From assembly GCA_047967505.1 (NCBI GenBank), contig CM106538.1: 64,000 nucleotides of DNA; one strand, given 5' to 3'. The stretch comes from Dipteris shenzhenensis (lineage: Eukaryota). The notes under the pieces are model-generated. The model searched no databases, was not told the DNA's origin, and saw only the letters and a program-made list of their open reading frames with translations. Below, in pieces: positions 51,111 to 61,559 of the stretch; the stretch's first letter is position 1; the number at the start of each line of letters is the position of its first letter. The translations under genes and the position numbers were made by a program.

Positions 51111-51399
51111 AGTCCTAGCTCCGAGATTGACTTGATTGAGTTTGTACTTGATTGATTGATTGATTATGATTTTGCTAGCCTAGATTAGTACTCAGCAAGG
51201 GCCCTAGCATGCCCTTTGCTGTAATGAAGGGGGGAAAAGGGCTAATTTAGAGGCCCTTTAGAGGCCTTTTAGGTGGGAAATGTGAGGGACTATATAAGTC
51301 CCCATCCACCCCTCATTGTACACTTTTTGATGTGACATCTAATCCTATCTACTCCCACCTCCTTCCTCCTACGTGTTGCCTACACTCTCTCTCCCAATC

Positions 51400-52215
51400 T
51401 CTAGCCCAGTTCGAGGGTTAGTTAGCTTAGGGTCCTGTAGATATGGCCAGCATGGAGTGGCCTAATCGAGTACAGTACTCCATAGTTGCAGCTAAGACGC
51501 CTTCCCCGTATGCATATACATACTATAAAGGAGGTTTAAATCGGCCTATCATTGGCCACCATGAGTAGATCTTTTACTTATAGCAAGAGGTTCGTGACTT
51601 CAAGATGCAATTGGCAGCCGTGACAGCTAAACTTCAGTTTTTGGAAGGGCCTGGCAAGCAGGCAACTATAGATGAAGTTATGAAGTCATGTAAGGCTTCC
51701 CTCCCCACTCCTCAACTAGTCTCCACAGTTAAAGACTTCATTCAAGTGTGGAAGTTGAGACAAAGGCAAGTCAAACTGACATTCAAGAAGAGATTAAGGA
51801 GCATGAAGCCAGACGTGCAAACTTGGTGAGGATTCGGATATGAGGACTTCCTGAAAACTAGTACAAAGATGAGGACTCTTTTGGTGAAACTTTAGCACAG
51901 GTCAAAGTAGCCATGCCCAACATTGAATGGAAGGATGATGATGAGATAGCAACTAATATCAAACACTCCAAGAGACATGCAATTATCAAAGAATTCAAAT
52001 CCAAACCAAAAGACTCTCAGGCTTAAATTGATGTATGGCTGATTATATGTTTTTATGATTCATTAGATGTAGCTACTCTAAATAAATAGAGATGCTTTTG
52101 TACTCTATTGGAGCTGCCATGTGGAACTGATGTATTAGTTGGTTCTATGCTGTCCCATAGACCTATTGGTCTTCCGTGGACATTAATAGACTTCATTTAT
52201 TTATTTCTTTCTCTA
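51400..52215 (+). mobile_element. ORF1-only non-autonomous retroposon, copy B (internally deleted ORF 51443-52026)
   Basis: LEGPGKQATIDEVMKSCKASLPTPQLVSTVKDFIQV...EFKSKPKDSQA*; then TAAATTGATGTATGGCT as in copy A; stem-loop 52151-52182. Confidence 0.8.
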
Positions 52216-53657
52216 TATTTCTCTCGAGCCATATATGAATTTTCTTAAACAAATTGAGGTAAAGATTCAGAGATATTCATAACCATCTCTTGAAATTTAT
52301 TAGCATACTATGCTACTGATAAGTTTCTTTGCCTAAAATATTGATACTCGTCCCAGGCTCTAGAAACTTCATCTAGAGGCAGAAAAGGGTTTTGGAACTC
52401 CATTTTAAAGTTTCCAAGTAATTGGAGTCACTTTATTTAATGGCTGCTTCATCCACCACCGATGTGCAGATTCCATGAACATGTGTGGCTTCTTGAATCA
52501 TCATTATATCATTGTGGGCTTCACATATGGTAAACACCTCGTCCCTTTTGGGAAGCCACCCTTCGATGACCTTTACGCTCCTATCACCCACATATTTCTC
52601 TGGTGTAGGAGGGAGACCACCAAGCGGGGCAAATAGGGGGGAATCCCTCCTCCAACGATGTTATGGTAGGTGCCTATACCCTCATAACATAGTGCCATTA
52701 GAGGAGGATTCTTCCCTTGCCCTTCTTTATAGGAATTTAAATATGTATTTCTCTTCCTCTGCTTTAGGTATAACATGAATCAATTGTCTTGGTGATTGGA
52801 GGCCTAGATTGCTGGTGGGTTGGTGTTGAATTTTCAAGCCCCCTGTCTTAGGTGGGCAAGCATCATTATTGATCAAGGTTAATCAAAATCAGGGGGCATA
52901 GTGCATAAATTTGGCAGAGCCAAGCAACAGTAAACGCTGCATAGGAAAGAAATCTGCTCTTGTCGGGTCGAGAGGCACTCTTGTGGAGTTTCAACATATG
53001 GGGGATAATTCATTTTGATGTATTATTGTTGTCAAAAACCATTCATGTTTTGATCTATTTTTAAGCTTAAAAAGGTATTGACAATGAGCAAATGACACCT
53101 CACACCCATATGGATAGCTGCACACATGCCCATACACTAACGCACTTGCAATCACATTTATTACCCACATTCAGACATGCACGCAGGTGCACACATGCCT
53201 GTATGTGTGCATACATGCATATCCTAATAAGCACTCTACTTTACAAGAGTGTTTCCAAACAAACAATCCTCTTTGTGCTCCTTTTCAGCAAAGTTACTTT
53301 CAGTAATCTGGCTAATGCATTCATTTTTTTTCTATGAATGGTTGCGGCTGCTCATGGGTTCATATCCTGAGAACCTTTGTAGCGTACTGCAAGGGTATGG
53401 TCTACATTGCGTCCTAGTGAATGGCTGGGTTGTGAACCTTTCTCGAAGATTAATGAGATGTGGTCGTTTTGTGCGCACACAAAAAAAAAAGAGAAGGTCC
53501 TAGCTTTTGTTCACGTAATGTTCAAAGAAGAGCTTTTACTCATGCATGTATAGCCTATGCCATAACAATTCTGCATTTCTGTAACTATGGCTATATGGGG
53601 GTCAAATAAATCAATAATCCTATTCACAAGCCTTCTGTTTTGTTTTTGTCTATGCAG

Positions 53658-53786
53658 GCTGTTCGGTATTTTATGAGATTTCATAGTGAGTACATGTGTT
53701 CATTGCTAAATTTGGCTCGCCATAACGCATTTGGGATAAAGGCTGCTAAGATGGTCTTGGAGTTTCTGCCTTCTGCATGGCCAAAG
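53658..53786 (+). CDS. Next internal exon of the At3g26950-like host gene
   Basis: TTTTTGTCTATGCAG acceptor, AAG|GTAC donor, 129 bp, phase 0/0: AVRYFMRFHSEYMCSLLNLARHNAFGIKAAKMVLEFLPSAWPK. Confidence 0.8.
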
Positions 53787-54695
53787 GTACAATATTTCAT
53801 GGCATTCATTTGTTTTACTTTTGCAGCTCAGTACCTTATACTTTAATAGTTATATTTATAATTATTTGTAGGCATTCTTGACAGCTCATATAGAATTAGT
53901 CAGCAATTATGGTGTCTAGCACTGTTTTCTTTCACATTAGGCGCCTTGGCAATTCCTCATAGGTGTGAATGAAAGAGGATTTCACACTTCTTTATGTAGG
54001 AAATAATATCCCTACTTATGTACATCCGAAGTTTGTCTTTTTGATGGTAGGATGCCTTTGGAGATCTGGACTGCCATATGGATACCTTTAAACACATTGT
54101 GCTTGGATTGTAATTCGTCTTTAATGTGGACCTTTCCATATCTCTAGACAGCCCTTTCCCTGTCCTCTTAGTTTTCAAACAGGTGCTCCATTCTTTCTTG
54201 CTTGTGTTCAAGTTGCATTTTCCTCAAGTCTTTTGTCCATGAACGTCTGAGTGCCACTATCCTTTTCATCTTGCCGTCATCCACCAAGCCCTTTCTACTT
54301 GGTGATCTGTCACTCCCATGGCATTATAGTTGTCTCTTGGTATGACGACTTGTAATAGCCCGCACATGAATTTGAAAGGCGCCAATCTTTTTCTTCCAAG
54401 GTTGCTGAGATATGCTTGTCTTTTTGCAACCCCCATTTAAGACGATACTTCCTTGGATTTCCTCGGATTGGATGTCAACTTGTTGTTACACTTTGCACCT
54501 TCTTACAATGAAAAAATGAGAGCTGCTTCTTGTTTTCTATGATCTAGCTTGAACAAGGCTAGAGCATCAACAAGTTTCTCATTTTCTTCTTGAGACCAAG
54601 CATAAATCTTAGACCTTCCTCTGTTATGTTCTTTCTGAGCAGAGAGGACATCAAGCTTGTCATGTGCTAATGTTAAATACTTCATGAGCATTTTG

Positions 54696-54976
54696 GCACA
54701 TGCAAGTTTCTAACTGTCTCTCTCTAGTTGGAATTCTTTTACTAACTCTTGGTGGTCATGCATGCATGCTTGCCATGTCTTTTCCAGTTCTTGGTAGTGC
54801 TGCATTTCTGCTCACACACATTTAAGGTTTTGACTTGCACATGCCAGTTTCTAACCGTATCTCTCTAGTTGGAATTCTTTTACTAACTCTTGGCGGTCAT
54901 GCATGCATGCTTGCCATCTCTTTTCCAGTTCTTGGTAGTGCTGCATTTCTGCTCACACATATTTAAGGTTTTGACT
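54696..54976. repeat. 141 bp tandem duplication
   Basis: GCACATGC...TTTAAGGTTTTGACT at 54696 and 54837. Confidence 0.9.
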
Positions 54977-57281
54977 CCTCATGAGCTATTATTTGCTGCA
55001 TACCATCTGATGTCTCAGTTTGGATGGGCATACCTGTTCATACACTTTTCTCCCTGAATGTATGCTACAAAAATAGATAGAGATATGCCTTTTCATTCAG
55101 AAGGGACGTGCAAAAGGTAGGGGTTGTCTGGCTTTTCTTGCATTGTTTGAGTTCTTTGACAATTGCTGAGAAGGCTTTGGGTTACAGGCTTGCATTCAAT
55201 TTGTAACAATGAAAATATCTTTGGACTAGACAGCAATCTATAAAAACAACAGTCTCGTACTATGTGTTGCAGTTATTTGAAGTTTTGACAGTCCTTTTTG
55301 CTTTCAACAATGAAATTTCTGCTTTGGATGACAACAAATTGGACTTCAGGACAGCCAATTCTTGATGGACATGCGCCTTTGCAGACATTTAGTGGTGATA
55401 GATAAGGGGCTTTATGGCTTAGGATTTCCTGCAAAGCCCACTGTGTCTTTGTATTTCGGAGTTTATGTAATTCATTTCCACATGTCAAGCTTCCTCAACA
55501 TTGTGTGTTCTCTCTCCTCTCTCACAAAATTCACAGGACTTGCAGCCCGTTGGTGCTTTAATGAGCAGCCGATTGAAAGTTCTTCCATTTTCCTTGAATG
55601 TTTGTAGCGACTACCCTTGTGGCAGGGCATGCAACTTGAGTCTACCTGCAGCCATCACGGTGCAATTTAGTAGTGCATCTAAAAGTGGTGCCATCTTAGG
55701 AAAGAAACTTGCCAAAAATTTGTAAGCCCATTGCTTCCAAGTTAATGGTGATAATGGTGGAGAAGGGTTATTCACACCTCCGTCGTTTGTTTGGTGCAAA
55801 GTACTTACGGAAGTGGTGGATTTGTCAATAGAGTAGAAAGTAGGGCGACTATCATTGCCAAGCCATGGCATGCTTAGCTCCAAGATTGGTTCCTTTGACC
55901 TTTCAATTCTTTGTTGGGGAAATGGTTGGTAACTAGCGGCTTAGGAATGGTGTTGTAGTGGTGGAGTGAGTTGTGCAAATGTTGGATCAAGAAGATTCTC
56001 AAGTGGTGAGTCATGAAGATGTTGATGTGTGGTCGGACTTCTCCTTCTAGCTTCTCGTCATTTGTTTCAAATGTGGTGGCCTCAATTTCCATAATAGAAT
56101 CAAGGGCAGATGGGCCAATTGGTTGGGGTATTGAGTTTCAGGGTATTGGTTGGGTTACTGAGGCTTAGGGTTAATAGTTGAGGCTTCAACGTGTGAGGCA
56201 TGGACAGAAGGAGGTCTACGTGGTTGGGATTGCTGTGTAGTTAGCAGAGGCATATTTTCTCTCAAGGGCGGCGGCCGCTAATTCCCTGGAGGTGGTAATT
56301 TATGGCATATCAACTATAAAATCCATGGAAATGCTCTCCGATCTACCTGATGGTATTTTCAATGGCTGTAAAACTATAAAATCCATGGAAATGCTCTCCG
56401 ATCTACCTAATGGTATTTTCAATTGTTGTAAAAGGCTAAGTGGTGTCACCCGTTCTGCATTATTTGACAAGAGAAACATCGTGCTATATATCCATGAATG
56501 TGTTAAGAATTGCCATTTCTCTTAAGCATACCATCATCTATGATATATCTTGCATACGTATGGCCTCCCTTACTTGCCAGATCATTCCGACTAGGTATAG
56601 GAATCTTGTCCTTTCTCATAAGTATAGCATCGTCTATGAATATATCTTGCATACATATGGCCTCCCTTACACACGATGTCATCAACAATCCCGGCTTTAA
56701 TTATAGTAGTCTTAGGCCCAAGGCTTTGGACCTACTCGTCCACTATCTAAGTTTCTCTAGTCTCAGTTATTAAGCCCTCTCTAACGTTGTGATACTCATA
56801 TTATGCATAATCAGCAATTTCATTATCCTTGTCTCTCCAGTCCTGGATTTCCACATGGAATTCCTGCATGAGTTTTACCCACCTAGCTTGGCGACTACTC
56901 AAGTCAAGGTGTTTACAAAAATATCTAATACCATCATGATCGGCATCCACATAAAACTCTGAACCATACAAATAATGTCCCCATGCTTTCAATGCATGAA
57001 TAAGAACATACAATTCGTGTTCATGGGTTGACAAATTTGTTAGAGGGAGACAGCTACTTGCTTTCAAAGGTAACCTTTCCTTTTGCAATAAAACCGCTCC
57101 TGCCACATGACCGCTTGCATCGGTTTCTAGGAGAAACTGTTTATGAAGATCAATAATTTTCAACACAAGCCCTTGAGCAGTTGCTCTCTTTACTGTCAAA
57201 CTCTTTTGTTGATTCTTTCTCCATAAGTAAGGTACTTTATTTAAATCAACTGAGTTAATGGTGAGACGATATCAAAATATG

Positions 57282-58100
57282 GTGGCGGTTGAGACAAAAG
57301 AGCATTTTCTTTGTGTTTGCCCAGCCTACTATCTCTACCTAGAGGGGAGTGGCTTCTGTCCTTCGTCACAACTGATCCATTTCTATGACCAGGTCTGTAT
57401 CTGGCTTTATTTGATGGAGATGCGGCGACACAGGGAGACGCTTCTACGACAGATCAAAGAGCAGCAGGGGATGGTTAGACCACTATAGGACATAGAGGGT
57501 GACCAGGCACACGACGTCATAGACTTCTATACATTTGAGTCAGCCCCCAGACACAATGGAGTGGAGGAGGAAGAGCTAGCTGACATGAGAGCAATCTGGA
57601 TGAGCAGCCAGCACAATACCACTGAGAGGGACGTAGAGGCCACATGTGCAACAGAGAGCCCCCAGGTTATACTCTATTGAGGTCTGACCTATCACAGCTT
57701 TCCTCAGGGGAACTGATAGAGACGAGGGGTCACCCTAGACATAGCCCAGAGAGTCCAGAGAGCGAGGAGACCACGTCCCCCACTGTAGCGGGAGACAACT
57801 CGACAGACGCAGATAGGAGACATCTTCGCAGACCACCAGAGAGCCATCATTGGACCAGGCTTCGGTTTCGTCCCAGCACCTAGATAGATTGATTGATTGA
57901 TATGGCCTACTTTGCAGTTGTAGTTGACTTTTTTCTATGGTTATGATTCTGTTGGCATAGATTAATACTCAACAAGGGTCCTAGCGTACCCTTTGCTTCA
58001 GCCCACTGAGGCTTGTATGAGTTCGCTTTTTTGTGTACTTTGTCCCATAGGCCCGTAAGGCCTCCCATGGACGTTAATATATCTTTCTTTCTTTCTTTCT
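57282..58100 (+). mobile_element. 5'-truncated RTE-X-like LINE 3' end
   Basis: VETKEHFLCVCPAYY; stem-loop 58041-58073; (TTTC)n tail; probable TSD AATATG (57276-57281 and 58101-58106). Confidence 0.88.
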
Positions 58101-58160
58101 AATATGCTTCCTATAAAGCTGATTAATTGCTAAGGATGATTGCAATATTGTGACATTCTT

Positions 58161-58713
58161 TTTTTTTAAAAACAGAAAAGTACTTTTTTAAGTATGAATA
58201 AAAACCGCAAAGCAAGCTCGAGTGCGGGAGTACATCATGTCAAGCATGACAAAAAACAGCTTAGAATGAGCAAATAAAAATCTTGGGTGGCGGCTGAAAA
58301 TGCCACCTCATCCCTGAAGGAGAGTCAGAGAAGAAAGGACAATCCTTCCAGACTCTGAGAAAAGCAACCCTCCTAGCAGTAGTAGTCCTGGAGGTTCCCT
58401 GTATGTTTGCCCAAATGGCCATCAAAGTGTGTATAGTATCTGCCCAGATATTGGCCATAGTCTGAGAAGGGTGAACCTAGGAGTCCTCCAAAGCCTCTGT
58501 GCATCTGGCTCTCCAAATATGCCATGCTGTGATACTAGCTAGAATCTCCCAAGATGTGTCTACAGAAGCGTGGGGAGCTCTGAATGGAGTAAACAGAACA
58601 TCCCGGAGGGAGCATGACTCACAAGAAGTCATCGAACAAAGAAAGTTGTGTCCGTGTCATGTCCCTCAAAGAAAGCGTGTGGACCAGTGAGTGACAACCA
58701 AGCAACTGATCCC
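58161..58713 (-). mobile_element. 5'-truncated L1-clade 3' end with poly(A) and 18 bp TSD
   Basis: CAATATTGTGACATTCTT at 58143-58160 and 58714-58731; T-run at left; WHIWRARC motif on the minus strand. Confidence 0.85.
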
Positions 58714-59150
58714 CAATATTGTGACATTCTTAGGTACTGGTCACACTAATTTAGCAGCTACCTTCTTCGAATCCATTTCTACTCCATCAGTAGTTATAAT
58801 GAATCCTAAATATTCTAACTTGACCATAAAAACGGTCTTCTTCTTGTTAACAAAGACGCTAGATTGATATAGAATGAGACATCATCAATAAAGTGTCCTA
58901 TAGACTTCTCTATTAAGGGCATAGTAAATCATTCAGCAACATCAGTAGCCAAAATGGTGTTATTAACCCGTAATGACAAACCTACTTCTACTAGTTATAT
59001 ACACATCTTGTGATCGAATCCCGATTTAATGGTAGCTGCATTTAAGATCGCTCTTATTAAAAATCACGGCTCCTTGCAATGCATCTAACAAATCATCAAT
59101 TCTTACCATCGGATACATGTGCTTCATGGTGATATTATTTAGACCACGAT

Positions 59151-59183
<33 letters not shown>

Positions 59184-59187
<4 letters not shown>

Positions 59188-60349
59188 CTCAGCCCCCGTC
59201 GCTTCCCCCGTCGCTCAGCCCCATCGCTTAGCTCGTCGTTGCCTAGCCCGCCGCTCTTCACTTCCCCACTTCCTCTCCCCACTCTTGGCTGGGCTATACC
59301 CCAGGCCTAGCCAAGGGGTTAGTCCAGCCAAAAGGGGGATAGTCGATATGGCCAACCCATCCTCCCCTCATCCCCCCAAGCTTTACTCCGCCATGGTAGC
59401 CACAACCCATGCTCCCTTCGACAGGACGTACTCTAGGTATAAGATTCAACCTCCCCCGACGCCAACCAAGCTGCAAGAGCAGATTTACCATCTCCAGCAA
59501 GAAGTACAAGACTTGAGGTCCTAGCTCACCCAAGCCCTAGCTCGTATTGCAGCTTTGGAAGGCCCAGGGAAGCAGGAGATTATTGCAACAGCCGTACAAA
59601 CATGTAAAGCTAAGCCCCCAACATCACAGCTGATTTCCACGGTTAAGAGCTCATCCAGGTGAAAGTGACAGCTGAACCCAAGGTTGACATCCAAACAGAG
59701 ATCCAAGAATATCACCTTCGGAAAGAGAATGCTATGAAGATTCAAATAGGGGGAATACCCGATTGGCAGCACGAGGATGACACTTTCGAGGAGGCAATCG
59801 ACAAAATCAAGGCAAGCCCAACTGATGACAAGAATGACGATGAAGAGGAGTCTTCCCCAGTTTATTTATCGCCTAGGAATGGACACGTTGTCATCACCTT
59901 CAACTCGAAGACACTCAGGAAGAGGATTCTACGACAATCCTATAAGCTGAAGGGGACAAAGATATGGATTGCTGAGGAGCTTACAAGAACCCAACTGAAG
60001 AACAAAGCTACCGAGCTTACTAAGGTTCGGGCAGCCAGGGAAGCAGGAAAATGGGCACTATATCGTGACGGTCTTGCAGTGATTAGAGAATTTAAGACAA
60101 AATCTAAAGACCCTCAGTTTTAAACTGATGTAATGGCCACTCCATAGCCTAGTACTTAGTTCCTTTTATGTTTTATGTTCTATGTGTTTTGTTTTTTTGG
60201 AGGAATCTGATGATACTCCCAGGGAGGTTGCCTATGGCCCTCTCTGTACTGATGTATAAGCAGGTCTCTTTTGTCCCATAGACCTTTTTAGGTCTCCTGT
60301 GGACATTAATAAACTTTCTTTCTTTCTCTCTCTCTCTCTCTCTCTCTCT
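59184..60349 (+). mobile_element. ORF1-only non-autonomous retroposon, copy C, with long flanking duplication
   Basis: Hairpin 59284-59314, ORF 59348-60123, stem-loop 60272-60305, TTTC/CT tail; direct repeats of about 80 bp at 59078-59157 and 60350-60429. Confidence 0.85.
59348..60123 (+). pseudogene. LINE ORF1-like protein with one nonsense codon (59522-59524) and one frameshift (about 59648)
   Basis: QEQIYHLQQEVQDLRS*LTQALARIAALEGPGKQ...NAMKIQIGGIP...VVITF...LRQSYKLKGTKIWIAEELT...GKWALYRDGLAVIREFK. Confidence 0.8.
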
Positions 60350-60429
60350 AACGCATCTAACAAATCATCAATTCTTACCATCGGATACATGTGCTTAATG
60401 GTGATATTATTTAGACCACGATTATTATC

Positions 60430-60466
<37 letters not shown>

Positions 60467-61559
60467 ACCCCAAGAGTAAAATGAAAAATGAAAATTGACT
60501 CCTATTAAGTATGAAAAGAACCCAAGACAAGAGTACATCTTGCATAGCATGAGGAAAACCAAGGAGGTTAGAGCCCCACTCGACGAAAGAGTGCATAAAA
60601 GAACGAGGACTGCAACATTGTCTTTCTTTCACTTTAATATCATCGGTGAAGCAAAATGTGAGAAATTGGGTTAAATTTTTCTCAACTTAAAATATCTTTA
60701 AGTTGCCTTCTGCACCTCATCTTCTTCTATGAAACTTAGTCTATAAGGAGATCAGTTTAAAGGTTCTTCCCTAGGGGCAAGTTCAGTCTTATGTTTCATT
60801 TCTTTCCAAAGGTAGTTAATGTCTAAAATAATCACAAAACTCAGTCAGAAAATGATCAGCTAACGATGCTATCTTCCCATCCAAAGCTATATCTGTGTGA
60901 GCTAGTGACACGACCCCAGCACCCTTGAAACCTCTGAGCTGCAAGCAAGCACAAGAACACATGAAACATGAGGAATCCAAGCAAGCTGCTCACCACCCAA
61001 CCATGACATCTACGAGATAAGACCCCAAATCGTGAGATGTCCCCTCCGAGCCACGAATTGAGCTAGTGGCATGAACTCCCAACTAGATCCGGGCCAGCCT
61101 GGTGTCCCATACCACCAGGTGGCGCCTAGAGGCCTTGGATCTGCTGTTGGGCCTTGAGCTACGCTAGGATCCAGGTGCGCATCTAGGACTCAACAGAGCT
61201 AGCACTAGGGAACTAGACTTGCTCCCCTCGGCTCTTGAAGACTCAACCTTTGGGCCCCTTTTATAGACTTGGGCCCAATGCACCAAAAATTCAAAAGCTA
61301 CGGGTCTGCCCTCTTGGAATAAAGCTGCCGCGATTGCCCCAATACAGGTAAACCTTCCGGTAGTTGTGTGGGGAATACATCAAGGAAATCATGAAACAAC
61401 GTTCTCAATTTGCAATGTTTAAATCATTTTTGTTATTAACTGAAACAACAAATGAGGAAAGCGAAATCAAAACACATTGATACACATCATAATGAGAAGT
61501 GCTTAATATATTCCGAAGCTGCATCAGAAATACAATAGGTCCCTGAGAAGAGGGAATAT

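Larger units (their letters stand above)
56290..59157 (-). mobile_element. Degenerate Ty3/gypsy pol (RT, RNase H, start of integrase), interrupted by LINE insertions
   Basis: RGLNNITMKHMYPMVRIDDLLDALQGA, ETDASG...HELYVLIHALKAWGHYLYG...RQARW, LQPLKIPSGRSESISMDFIV. Confidence 0.85.

Noticed and set aside
51220-51337. TG...CA segment with TATATAA as a solo LTR or promoter of copy B
   Set aside because: No second copy, TSD or PBS in the window; cannot be supported.
53340-53394. Possible extra exon ending CAAGG|GTATGG
   Set aside because: No good acceptor, and the two accepted exons already join in register.
56292-56525. LRR-looking + strand peptide (LSDLPDGIFNGCK twice)
   Set aside because: It is the antisense of a duplicated gypsy integrase segment (LQPLKIPSGRSESISMDFIV).
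60207-60260. CTGATGA as a hammerhead ribozyme core (also 50550)
   Set aside because: No correctly placed GAAA or flanking helices.
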